Source of the DNA: an uncultured Poribacteria bacterium
GTDB taxonomy: Bacteria > Poribacteria > WGA-4E > WGA-3G
Length of the DNA: 64,000 nucleotides
Assembly (NCBI GenBank): GCA_958296135.2
Contig: CATQHZ020000001.1
Location: 512,001-576,000, forward strand
Direction: 5' to 3'
Of the stretch, positions 27,992-37,673 are shown one piece after another; positions within the stretch are counted from its first letter, which is position 1, and each line of letters opens with the position of its first letter. A program made the position numbers and the translations under genes. The notes under the pieces were generated by a model. The model was not told the DNA's origin and made no database searches. It was given only the letters and a program-made list of their open reading frames with translations.

Positions 27992-29821
27992 ATGAAAAAT
28001 GTCCTCTTTATCCTCTGCCTCCTGCTGTGCATCGGGCAGGGAGTCGTCAGTGCCGAGGCGGGTACGGTGGCGTTTGATGACTCGGATGCGCCGGAGCCTC
28101 TCTTCCAATTTACCTTCAGTCGGGAGCTCATCGCGCTGGCGACTACCGATGAACGTTTCAGCGCGGTGGAGCATCTGTCCATCCGCACTTACGCCGCCGC
28201 GGATGGCGTTTTTGATGCATTCGTCCGCTATTACGGCGAGACGTTGCAGGCGACAGGGTGGCAGACTTTTGCTGAAGCGGTTGGCATGCATATCTACATT
28301 CTGAAGGAACCAGGTGCGCCCGGCACCATCACCGGCATCTTTGCGATTGTGAAGAGCGGCGAGGAGGTATCCCTACTCAACATCGTCGGTTCGCTGGCAG
28401 AGAACCGGATTGCGGCATTGCTGCGTCGTCTTCATCTGCTTGGTATTGAGATACCTGAGCTGAAATCGCTTCCGGTGACGAGAGCGTCTTCTACTAAAAC
28501 TGGCGGCTCTTCCGATATCAGTATTGGGACAGGAACTCGTCCGCCTCAACCCACACCGCCAACTAGAACCTTCAGTTACACGCTTGATGGTGGATTCGGG
28601 GGCCCGGGTGTCAGGTTTAATCGTGTCACGGGTTGGGAACTGGGTGCTGGGTTTGACTTTGGGATACCGGGGGTTTCAGTTTCAGGTGCACAGCAAAAAC
28701 CGAGATTTTTTGGGGAAATGGGTTACGGATTTGGCAATCGGCTTTTCAGTTACGATATTGGCGTGGATGTGCCGCCGCTGTCATATTCCCGAAGAACAGC
28801 GAGTGCTTCGGGTGGAACGACAACTCGGAATATGACAATTGGGCTTGGATTAAGGGCGAAAGTGTTTCGCGAGACAGATGTCATTATGCCGCACATTACC
28901 CTCGGCGAACGTTATAACAGCCCCTTTTCGCTCATGTATAGCCTTTTCGGTGGTTCGGACTTGCACAACTACTATTTGCGTAACGGGTTCGAGATAGGGC
29001 TCCGCTGGGAAGGCGGGCGGCGCCAGGTGCCGATGCACGCTGTCATGCTGACGTTCCTCGCGGAGACGCACGCAAGTCTGCAAAAAAGCACCGATTGGCA
29101 CTTTCTCAATTGGCAGTCAGAGAGGAAAGCGCGGGAGAATCCGGAGATAACCGATGGGAGGATGCGGAGTCTCGTCTTGCAATACGATTTCAGCACGCGG
29201 GCTTTGAAAGCAGGCGCGCTCGCGAGCGGCACAAACCATCATCTTGAAGACTGGCAAAATACAGAGACTTTGCAAGATGCGATTGCGAGGGGCAAGCTGC
29301 ACCACCTTGGTTGGCACAACACGCTTTTTGTTGAGTATAGCGGTGCTGCGCTCCGGTCTGATTTTGATTTTACGCGGTATCAGCTGCATTTGCGGTATGC
29401 GTATCCGTTAGGCCCCCATCACATCCGTGCGCGGGCGATAGGCAGTTTTGCTACGGCGGCCTTGCCAATTCAACGCCAATTCGTCATCGGCGGGCCGGGC
29501 ACGCTGAACGGCTATTCGCTCTACGAGTTTGCCGGCGACCGGGGTATCCTCGTCAATGTTGAATATTTCCACCACTTGCCGAGTCTATTTGCCGGGCTGG
29601 GGCAACCCCGTTCTGAACTCCCTATTTTTGTCGTGGCGTTTCTTGATGGAGGACAGGTGTGGGCTGCGTCCGGCGAAAATGATGTTTCTGAACCGAGAGG
29701 CAGTGCTGGCATCGGTTTGCAGTTCGGGGAAGATAATTTTATTTTTAGAGGCAACGTTGCGAAGGGTTTTGAAGTGGAGCAAGGGATTCAGTTCAATCTG
29801 GTTTGGTTTTACAGTTTTTAG
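27992..29821 (+). CDS. Outer-membrane protein: DUF4252-like N-domain + Omp85 (BamA/TamA-like) beta-barrel
   Basis: Signal peptide; VSLLNIVGSL end of a DUF4252-like domain; FNRVTG; DFDFTRY; IGGPGTLNGY; FLDGGQVW; terminal Phe (WFYSF). Confidence 0.75.
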   Translation: MKNVLFILCLLLCIGQGVVSAEAGTVAFDDSDAPEPLFQFTFSRELIALATTDERFSAVEHLSIRTYAAADGVFDAFVRYYGETLQATGWQTFAEAVGMHIYILKEPGAPGTITGIFAIVKSGEEVSLLNIVGSLAENRIAALLRRLHLLGIEIPELKSLPVTRASSTKTGGSSDISIGTGTRPPQPTPPTRTFSYTLDGGFGGPGVRFNRVTGWELGAGFDFGIPGVSVSGAQQKPRFFGEMGYGFGNRLFSYDIGVDVPPLSYSRRTASASGGTTTRNMTIGLGLRAKVFRETDVIMPHITLGERYNSPFSLMYSLFGGSDLHNYYLRNGFEIGLRWEGGRRQVPMHAVMLTFLAETHASLQKSTDWHFLNWQSERKARENPEITDGRMRSLVLQYDFSTRALKAGALASGTNHHLEDWQNTETLQDAIARGKLHHLGWHNTLFVEYSGAALRSDFDFTRYQLHLRYAYPLGPHHIRARAIGSFATAALPIQRQFVIGGPGTLNGYSLYEFAGDRGILVNVEYFHHLPSLFAGLGQPRSELPIFVVAFLDGGQVWAASGENDVSEPRGSAGIGLQFGEDNFIFRGNVAKGFEVEQGIQFNLVWFYSF

Positions 29822-29861
29822 TGACATTAAAAAAGTTATCCAAGGCATGTAGTCATCGCCG

Positions 29862-31268
29862 TTGGCGATGACGGCTTACGCAGGGAGAACTGCTTTGCCA
29901 AGAAAACCGTTATCGAACGCCTCGCGAATGACGAAAACGGCGATGACGGCTTACGTAGGGAGAACTGCTTTGCCAAGAAAACCGTTATCGAACGCCTCAC
30001 GACTGACGAAAACGCGAAAACAGACATACCGCGCCTTATTTGGCTCATTGGTTTTCCATATCGGCTTGATGTTAGTGGTATCGCCGTTCCTCGTGAACCA
30101 TCTCCGCGAAACGAAGGAGAGCATCTCGGTTGAGATACTCAAGCCGGAACCGGCGCGGCAGCGGCCGCAGCGCGTGCTGCGGCAACGTCCGCCGGTGACA
30201 CCACAGGTTGCCAATCAAGGAGAAGCATCTCCAGCTGCGCCAGCTGCGCCGACTTATGCGCCCCAGGTCAGCGCGCCGAAAGCCCCGCAGCACGCGGATG
30301 TTGCCCCGGAGGTAGTCACGCACGCCGAGATTCCGCAGACAGACGCGCCCGCTCTCCCCAATGCCAGTTTTGGCGAAGGAAAGACAGCGGCGGGTCCGGT
30401 TGTCATTGAAGGCGCGCAGGGCGCAGGATACGGCGGCCCCGGTGGGCATGGCACCGGAGGCAGCGGCAGTGGGAACGGCATCGGGGGACGCTTTATCAAA
30501 GGCACGCAGGCAGAAGAACCGGGGTTAGTCGATATTCAGAGTACGAGCGCGGGACTTGGCATTTTTGACACTGCGGTGCTGCCGGGACACGGGTTAACCG
30601 CCGAGCTCTACGTTCTCGAAGGTGCGTCCGCAAGTTTCTCTGTTGATGTCAATGATAAACGGGTGCTACATCTCCGCAGCGGGCCCATTTCGATGATGCC
30701 TAACTTTGAACTTTTGACACCTGTCTATACGTTTGTGGCAGCAAACCTAGATGTGCCGCCGCGCGCCTATACCGAGGGGTTTTCCACGCCACAGCTGGAG
30801 AGTATCACCGAGGATTTCGCTATCCGCTTTCGTGGGGAATTGGCTGTGGATACGCCGGGGGAATGGATGTTCGCGCTTTATTCGGATGACGGCTCAAAGT
30901 TGTTCATTGATGGACAACTCGTTGTTGATAACGACGGTATTCACGCACCGCGGCTTGAAAGGGGCCGTGTGAAGTTAACAGTAGGCAGGCATCCGGTTGA
31001 GATTCACTATTTCCAAGGCCCGCGGCACACTATCGCTTTGCAATGGTTCTATACGCCGCCAAACGGATTTCCGGAGGGCGAAGACCGGCATTCTCAAAGC
31101 CAACGGTTCACAAGCGGATTGAGAAATTCCTTTCATTATTCGCTCAGTACCTCTGGACGGATTGTTCCGCCGGCGCTTATCTATTCTCCTGGCAAGCCTC
31201 GCGTCCCGGATGCGCTGAAGAAGTTGCAGCAGCGGCTTCGCGAGGTTAAGGACGAAGAAAAACGTTGA
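29862..31268 (+). CDS. Membrane-anchored protein with Pro/Gly-rich linker and C-terminal PA14 domain (start uncertain, N-terminus repeat-derived)
   Basis: TonB-like anchor LFGSLVFHIGLMLVV..ISVEILKP; PA14 FAIRFRGEL..PGEWMFALYSDDGSKLFIDG..VVDNDGIH..GRHPVEIHYFQG. Confidence 0.82.
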   Translation: MAMTAYAGRTALPRKPLSNASRMTKTAMTAYVGRTALPRKPLSNASRLTKTRKQTYRALFGSLVFHIGLMLVVSPFLVNHLRETKESISVEILKPEPARQRPQRVLRQRPPVTPQVANQGEASPAAPAAPTYAPQVSAPKAPQHADVAPEVVTHAEIPQTDAPALPNASFGEGKTAAGPVVIEGAQGAGYGGPGGHGTGGSGSGNGIGGRFIKGTQAEEPGLVDIQSTSAGLGIFDTAVLPGHGLTAELYVLEGASASFSVDVNDKRVLHLRSGPISMMPNFELLTPVYTFVAANLDVPPRAYTEGFSTPQLESITEDFAIRFRGELAVDTPGEWMFALYSDDGSKLFIDGQLVVDNDGIHAPRLERGRVKLTVGRHPVEIHYFQGPRHTIALQWFYTPPNGFPEGEDRHSQSQRFTSGLRNSFHYSLSTSGRIVPPALIYSPGKPRVPDALKKLQQRLREVKDEEKR

Positions 31269-31365
31269 CAAATTTTTTGCCCAGTCTGAAACTTTCGTGC
31301 CTTTCACCGTAGCGCGATGGAAAACCTGTTCCTCGCTTCGCACTAAAAAGGAAAGGAGATGTTGC

Positions 31366-33840
31366 ATGAAGAAGTCCTATGAGATTTTGCCCGCTATAGC
31401 AACGTTTCTTTATCAGAAGGGGTTCTTTTGCTTAATCGCGTTCCTGCTGTTGCTCTGTCAGACGACGCGTGCGCAATCAGAGATGGGTTTCGTCGCTTTT
31501 GATTGCCCGAATGTGCCGGCTGCCGAATTTCAATTCGATTTGGATAAACGCGTCATCGCGCTCGTTATGGAAGACCCGGGTTTCAAAAGCATCCCGCTGT
31601 TTAAGACGTTGGAGGCGTTACATCTCCGCCACTACCGAAACCGAACCGTGGATTTGCCGGAGATGCATCGGTATTATCGCGATGGGCTCACCGCGCGCGG
31701 CTGGAACCAGCTCAAGGAGAACCTTCCGAAAACCGATTCGGAACTACACCTCTATACGCTTCGGCAGGACGACAGCGTCTTCGGCATTTTTGTCATCGTC
31801 GAAAGTGACGGAGGGGTTTACCTGATTAACATGGTAGGCGAGATGCCGGCGGGACAAGTACGCGAACTGTTACGTAACCTCCAACACCTCGGTATTGAAA
31901 TCCCTGAATTGATGACGTTAAGGGAGTTAACGGAGGTGTCAATTGTGCCGCTGTCTGAACCGGAGCCTTCGGAAGAGGCGCGAGAAACCGCGCCTAGGAA
32001 AGCGGAAATTGAAGAAGAAAAACCGTCATCGCAGCCGCTTCTCGGCGAAGAAACACGAGTCGCCTCACCGTGGCTCTATCAAGGTAAGCCGATTTATGTT
32101 TTAAAGTATGTTGGCACACGCGAGCAGAGTGCCAAGATAAGTAAGGTTCTTGATGGCGGTTCAGGGGATATCGAAAAGGTGCTGCCGGTTATTCGCTCGC
32201 TCCTGCATCCAAAGCCGATATCTCTGCGAGTTGAGGGAGAAGGCACTGAGCGCACGGCTATCCTTACCGTGGTGGTGCGAACCTACAGACTGAAATCGTT
32301 GACGATTTCCGAATCCAAGACAGTCAGAAAGCAAGAGGCGGTAGGACAGCATCGGGACCAGGAGAACCCGCCTACCGGGGAAAATCGGGACATGGAGAAC
32401 CCGCCTACTGCAACGCGGTTTCGGACTGCGGGTGCTCCTATTCATGAGTTGCACATCCGCGGGAATCAGAAAACCGAAGAGGAAGACATTCGGAAGACGC
32501 TCAACAACGCTTCCCCGGACATTGAACAGGCTTTGGATACGCTGTTTCGCGCGATGCCCTATTTTCATCAGGTGAAGTTGGATATTAACGTGGAAGGCGC
32601 GAGGCGAATTGCTACTATCACCGTTGATGAAAAACGGCTCTCTACAACTGCATACCTCGGGCTGAATCCACCGCTAGGGTTGGGGTTTAATCGCGTTACG
32701 GGATGGAGAATGGGCACCGGTTTTGAAGTTGGCAGACGCAAACAGGTGGGCCCACTGTGGATATGGAATCTCAGAGAGCCGGCTGGTACCCCGGCTTCCA
32801 AACTTTTCGGGAAGATAGAGTATGCCTTCGGCAATCCGCATGTCCATTATCGGCTAGGTGGTGCTGCGAATTGGGGAAAACCTTACGTATGGAATTTGGG
32901 ACTCACGGCACAGCTCCGTCGCGATACCGTCGCTGTCGCCCCAGAAATTTTCCCTCGCAGCAACGATGGTGCATCCCATTTTTATCGTGTTTGGGGTGGC
33001 ATCGATTTTCATAACTACTATTTGCGCCAAGGCGTTGAACTTGCATTCCGATGGGCACCGGTGATGCCTACCCATGCGTTCAAAATTAGCGTGGTGGCTG
33101 AGGCGCACGATAGTCTGGAAAAAAGCACGGATTGGAGTGTCCCCAACTGGATATTCAAATGGCAGAAGCGAGACAATCCGCCGATAACCGCTGGGCACAT
33201 GCGGAGCCTCGCGTTTCAATATGATTTTAACACGCGAAACCAGGAGCTCGGCTGGCACAATACGCTCCTCATTGAGTATAGCAATTCCGCCTTCGGTTCG
33301 GATTTTGATTTTACGCGATTGCAATCGCATTTTCGCTATGCATTTCCGCTTGGAAACAACCGTATTCGCACCCGGTTGTTGTTCGGCTACGCGAACGCTT
33401 CGCTGCCACTCCAACGCCAATTCGTCATCAGTGGCCCGGGGGGGTTGAGAGGGTATCCGCTGTTCGCCCCTGCAAACGAGGCGGAAAGGGCAGCAAGTTT
33501 GAGTTGGTATCGGCATTCTCTCTATGCGTTCACAGGCGATGGGGGATTTCTGTTCAACCTCGAATATCATTATCGGCTGTCTAACCTTGCCGATTGGGGG
33601 ATTTTCAAAAAAGCCTTTGCAATCTTGTTCCTCGACGAGGGACAGGTGTGGCAGGCTTCCGATGAGCGTCTACGTTTTGACCCGGGGGCGAACATCGGCC
33701 TCGGCTTACAATTCGGCGAAGCCGACATCGTTGCCAGATTTAACATTGCGCTCCCTTTGCGCTCCAATTGGCCTGCGCAAGAGCGGCTGTCGCTGGGACG
33801 CGGGGTTGTCATCACTTCACTCTGGCATCAAATTTTTTAA
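31366..33840 (+). CDS. Outer-membrane protein: DUF4252-like + POTRA-like + Omp85 beta-barrel
   Basis: Paralog of 27992..29821; GVYLINMVGEM; POTRA-like IHELHIRGNQKTEEEDIRKTL; GPGGLRGY; FLDEGQVW; terminal Phe; RBS AAGGAG before ATG 31366. Confidence 0.78.
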   Translation: MKKSYEILPAIATFLYQKGFFCLIAFLLLLCQTTRAQSEMGFVAFDCPNVPAAEFQFDLDKRVIALVMEDPGFKSIPLFKTLEALHLRHYRNRTVDLPEMHRYYRDGLTARGWNQLKENLPKTDSELHLYTLRQDDSVFGIFVIVESDGGVYLINMVGEMPAGQVRELLRNLQHLGIEIPELMTLRELTEVSIVPLSEPEPSEEARETAPRKAEIEEEKPSSQPLLGEETRVASPWLYQGKPIYVLKYVGTREQSAKISKVLDGGSGDIEKVLPVIRSLLHPKPISLRVEGEGTERTAILTVVVRTYRLKSLTISESKTVRKQEAVGQHRDQENPPTGENRDMENPPTATRFRTAGAPIHELHIRGNQKTEEEDIRKTLNNASPDIEQALDTLFRAMPYFHQVKLDINVEGARRIATITVDEKRLSTTAYLGLNPPLGLGFNRVTGWRMGTGFEVGRRKQVGPLWIWNLREPAGTPASKLFGKIEYAFGNPHVHYRLGGAANWGKPYVWNLGLTAQLRRDTVAVAPEIFPRSNDGASHFYRVWGGIDFHNYYLRQGVELAFRWAPVMPTHAFKISVVAEAHDSLEKSTDWSVPNWIFKWQKRDNPPITAGHMRSLAFQYDFNTRNQELGWHNTLLIEYSNSAFGSDFDFTRLQSHFRYAFPLGNNRIRTRLLFGYANASLPLQRQFVISGPGGLRGYPLFAPANEAERAASLSWYRHSLYAFTGDGGFLFNLEYHYRLSNLADWGIFKKAFAILFLDEGQVWQASDERLRFDPGANIGLGLQFGEADIVARFNIALPLRSNWPAQERLSLGRGVVITSLWHQIF

Positions 33841-33902
33841 ATACGGGCGGAGAGAGACTGCCGCCCTGACATGCCTTTAATTGGGTATCAGGATTTTTCA
33901 AC

Positions 33903-34664
33903 ATGCGTTTTTTATCCGCTTTGACACGCCGAAAAATGTGGCACGCTTTAAGTGGTGTCGTTCTCTTACTCCTGTGCGGCGCTCCCGCGCTGCCCCACGG
34001 CGAAAGCGATGGATATGACTTCACGTTCGTCCGTCTCAAATATGGTGGGCAGCTCACTCGGCGCAGTAGTTGGCGGGTGGATTGGCCCGCGTCCGACCGG
34101 AATTTCATCTGGCAGTTGCGCAAACAGACGAATATTGATGCCAATCCGCGCGAAAAGATTATTGAGGTGGGTTCGGCGGAACTGTTCCTGTATCCGTTCG
34201 CGTATATGTTGGAGGTGGGGAGTCTTCGGTTGAGCGATGCGGAGGCGGCGAACCTGCGGGAGTATCTGTTGCGGGGCGGCTTCATCTTCATTGACGATTT
34301 CCACGGCGAACATGAGTGGCGGCTGTTCTATAGGGAGTTGAAGAAAATTTTCCCGGCGCGCGAACCGGTGGACATCCCGATTTCGCATCCCATCTTCCGC
34401 TGTTTCTTCAAAATTGATACATTGGTGCAGATTCCTGGGCTGCGTTCGTTATTCAGTGGCCGCACGTACGAACGGTTCGATGGGTATCCTGCCTATTGCC
34501 GCGGTGTTTTCGACGACAAAAACCGGCTGATGATGATAATCCATTTCAACAGCGACTTGGGGGATGCGTGGGAGCATGCGGCGGAGGCTTTTTATCCGCG
34601 CGAGTATTCGGATATGGCGTTGAAAATGGGGATTAATGCGGTTGTCTATTCGCTGACGCATTAA
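33903..34664 (+). CDS. DUF4159 domain protein
   Basis: FTFVRLKY..WRVDWP.SDRN, LFLYPFAYM, LREYLLRGGFIFIDDF, NSDLGDAWE, ALKMGINAVVYSLTH. Confidence 0.88.
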   Translation: MRFLSALTRRKMWHALSGVVLLLLCGAPALPHGESDGYDFTFVRLKYGGQLTRRSSWRVDWPASDRNFIWQLRKQTNIDANPREKIIEVGSAELFLYPFAYMLEVGSLRLSDAEAANLREYLLRGGFIFIDDFHGEHEWRLFYRELKKIFPAREPVDIPISHPIFRCFFKIDTLVQIPGLRSLFSGRTYERFDGYPAYCRGVFDDKNRLMMIIHFNSDLGDAWEHAAEAFYPREYSDMALKMGINAVVYSLTH

Positions 34665-34751
34665 ATCGTTTTTCCAAATTGGCATCGACTCGCTGAAGAT
34701 GTTATCATGTTACTAGTGTCGGTAACATTCCATGATGGAGGGAAATCCCTG

Positions 34752-35894
34752 ATGATTATTAAACGGCTTATCGTCCAAAATTGGCGGAATTTTCAGCACA
34801 TTGATGTCCAGTTAAGCGAACGGCAATTCATTGTGGGCCCGCATGCGTCGGGCAAGTCCAATCTGCTAGACATTTTTCGCTTTCTGCGCGAGATTGCGGC
34901 CGGGGAAGGCGGTTTCCAGAAAGCCGTCGGCGCGCGCGGCGGTGTTTCGCAAATCCGGTGCCTGTCCGCAGGAGACGACACCGACATTGCGCTTGAGCTT
35001 CACCTCGCGCCCAACGCAGCAGCAGCGGCGACATGGCGATATGCCCTCGGCTTCTGTCAAGTTTCTCCGACTCTCACGCATGAACGGGTGTGGCACGGGG
35101 ATAAACTGCTTCTGGCACGCCCAACTGCAGAAGATGAAAATACACCTGAACGGCTCACCCGAAGTGTGCTGGAGAGAAACAGCGATGCAGCTTACCGAGA
35201 ATTGACGCATTTCTTTCAGGCTATCACCGAGCTGCAGCTGTCCTCGAAACTGCGCCATTTTCCGGATGTGATTCAGGAAGACACTGTTGAGCGAGATGCG
35301 AATGGACAGGGTGTTAACGGGTTACTTGAAAGGATTGCGAGTGTAGACGAAGAAACTCGCGGTTCGCGTCTGAAAACGATTGAAGAGGGGCTCATCTTGG
35401 CAGTGCCGCAGTTTGCGCAATTAGCATTTATACGCGACAGTGCCACCGGGCATCCGCATTTACAGGCTCGTTATTCGCACTGGCCTCCACAAGCCGGTTG
35501 GCAGCGCGAAGACCGGTTTTCTGATGGCACGCTGCGTCTTATCGGGTTGTTGTGGGCTCTGCTTGAAAGCGATTCGGTGTTGTTGTTGGAGGAACCGGAA
35601 CATTCGCTGAATCCTGAAATCGTGTCGCAATTTGCGCCGCTATTTTTTGGGATGCACACGCGCATAGGTGGACAAGTTTTGGTGACTACCCACAGCGATG
35701 TTCTGATGATGGAACCCGGTATTGACAGTTCCGAAGTGCTGATGCTCGCTCCCACCAAAACGGGAACAGAAGTGAAAGCCGCCTCCGATATTGATGTCGT
35801 ACGGAGACTTCTTGAGGAAGGACTTACCGCCGGTGAAGTGGTGTTTTCAGGAAACCACCCTGAGCATCCTGAAAGGCTAGGGCTATTAGAATGA
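34752..35894 (+). CDS. AAA_21/ABC-type ATPase
   Basis: NWRNF, Walker A GPHASGKS, signature FSDGTLR, Walker B LLLEEPE, H-loop TTHS. Confidence 0.88.
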   Translation: MIIKRLIVQNWRNFQHIDVQLSERQFIVGPHASGKSNLLDIFRFLREIAAGEGGFQKAVGARGGVSQIRCLSAGDDTDIALELHLAPNAAAAATWRYALGFCQVSPTLTHERVWHGDKLLLARPTAEDENTPERLTRSVLERNSDAAYRELTHFFQAITELQLSSKLRHFPDVIQEDTVERDANGQGVNGLLERIASVDEETRGSRLKTIEEGLILAVPQFAQLAFIRDSATGHPHLQARYSHWPPQAGWQREDRFSDGTLRLIGLLWALLESDSVLLLEEPEHSLNPEIVSQFAPLFFGMHTRIGGQVLVTTHSDVLMMEPGIDSSEVLMLAPTKTGTEVKAASDIDVVRRLLEEGLTAGEVVFSGNHPEHPERLGLLE

Positions 35895-36514
35895 ACCTAA
35901 ACAAGGTAGTGCTTGCCGCTGAGGATAGCCTCAGCGAGGCGGTCGCGACGCAGATTCTCACAAACCTGGGTTTTGAAATCGAGAACAAACCGCAGCAGCA
36001 CAGAAGCCCTCATAGGGGAGGAAAGTCTCATCTGAGCAAAAGAGCCCAAGAGTTCAATCGTTCCGCTGCGGGTCCTCATTATTTCTTCATGTTGACAGAT
36101 TTAGATTCTCCGCAAGATTGTCCGGCGAACCTGATTCGATCTTGGGTGAAAGGCCCGCTACATCCTAGATTTTTCCTGCGCGTCGCGGTGATGGAAGTTG
36201 AATCTTGGGTGATGGCAGACCGTGGGGCTTTCACGACATTTCTAGAAATCTCTGATGAGATTCCGGGCAAAATAGACGAACTCCCCCATCCCAAGGAATT
36301 TCTTCTCTCGCTTGCCCGGAGAAGCCGGGCCCGAAAATTGCGAGAAGATCTTGTCACGGAAAAACGCGGCACATTAAACCCGGGTCCCAGATACAATCCG
36401 TGTCTCATTGAATTTGTCCAAGACTTATGGGATTTAGAACGTGCGGCCGCTGTCTCGCCGAGTCTGAAAAGAACGGTAGCCAGGCTTCAAAGCGCGACAT
36501 CGGCACTCTCCTAA
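35891..36514 (+). CDS. DUF4276-like TOPRIM-fold protein
   Basis: AEDSLSE, LTDLD..CP, RVAVMEVESWVMAD, SPSL; ATGA overlap with the ATPase. Confidence 0.78.
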   Translation: MNLNKVVLAAEDSLSEAVATQILTNLGFEIENKPQQHRSPHRGGKSHLSKRAQEFNRSAAGPHYFFMLTDLDSPQDCPANLIRSWVKGPLHPRFFLRVAVMEVESWVMADRGAFTTFLEISDEIPGKIDELPHPKEFLLSLARRSRARKLREDLVTEKRGTLNPGPRYNPCLIEFVQDLWDLERAAAVSPSLKRTVARLQSATSALS

Positions 36515-36745
36515 CAATGGTGGGATGGCGGCCACCCGCCCCGAACCCTCACCTTACAGGCTATCAACTCTAGGCCTTCGCGAAATCCTTAAACCTTTTG
36601 CGTCAAACTGCGGTCTAAAAAAGCACCAGACCTAGGCAAGTAGCCTAGTTTACCGGGAGGCTCGCGATCGCGGGGGGAACCCTCGGCGATTAGTGATCGC
36701 CGGGCCCCCGCGCTACGGTAACTTGAACCCGTGGAGGAAAGAACA

Positions 36746-37513
36746 ATGCTTACTCGTAAACAGAAGTTAGATTTTTATGAAAACGGCTATATCACCGTCC
36801 CCGGCGTTGTGCCAAAGCTGATGGTGGATGCCGCGCGGCAGGCGATTAACCATTCTATCGGTGCTGTCGGGATGGACCAGGGTGATCTGGAGCGATTCCG
36901 GGCACAATCGTATTGCAGTGAGATTCGCGAATCTCCTGCAATCGTCGCTCTTTACGGGAAAACTCCCATTCGTGAAATCGCCGAGTCCTTGATGGGCGCG
37001 GGGAACGTCAACGTTCCGGGCTCTGCACAGATTGCCTTGCGGTTTCCGGGGCCGTTGCACACCGATGCGCCTGAACCGCACGGCCACCTCGATGGATTAG
37101 GCAGCGGGAAGAACGGCATGGAGAAAGGTGTTTATCGGCGGGGGTTTACGGCACTGGCTGTCGTCTATCTGGCAGATGTGCCGGAGCCGTATAGCGGCAA
37201 CTTCACCGTCTGGCCAAAATCGCACAGTTTCTTCGCCGATTATTTCAAGCAGGAGGGACATGAGTCGTTGGCGAACGGGATGCCGCGTACTGAACTCCCC
37301 GGAGGGCCCAAGCAGATAGTCGGTAAGGCAGGCGATGTCGTGCTGACGCACCATCAGATAGTCCACACGGCGGCACCGAATGCAGCGGCGGACATCCGAT
37401 ACGCCGCTATTTTCCGGCTACGCCATGTTGACTGCGAGAAGAACGGCTACGATGCCTACACCGACATTTGGCGCGAATGGCCGGGTGTCAAAGAAGCAGT
37501 AGCGGGTGCGTAG
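36746..37513 (+). CDS. PhyH family dioxygenase
   Basis: FYENGY, GHLDG, GNFTVWPKSH, AGDVVLTHHQIVHTAAPN. Confidence 0.85.
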   Translation: MLTRKQKLDFYENGYITVPGVVPKLMVDAARQAINHSIGAVGMDQGDLERFRAQSYCSEIRESPAIVALYGKTPIREIAESLMGAGNVNVPGSAQIALRFPGPLHTDAPEPHGHLDGLGSGKNGMEKGVYRRGFTALAVVYLADVPEPYSGNFTVWPKSHSFFADYFKQEGHESLANGMPRTELPGGPKQIVGKAGDVVLTHHQIVHTAAPNAAADIRYAAIFRLRHVDCEKNGYDAYTDIWREWPGVKEAVAGA

Positions 37514-37673
37514 CGGTAGGCGCGCTTTGACGTTATCCTACAACATGGCGCGCCTACAAAAATTTGGATAAAAAAGCAAGAACGATTTTTAGTTATCCCG
37601 CTTATGTAGTTTGAACGCGCCAGACGACAAGTAGTGCGATGGCGAGCCCTACCTATTGTAAAGTCACTGGGGA

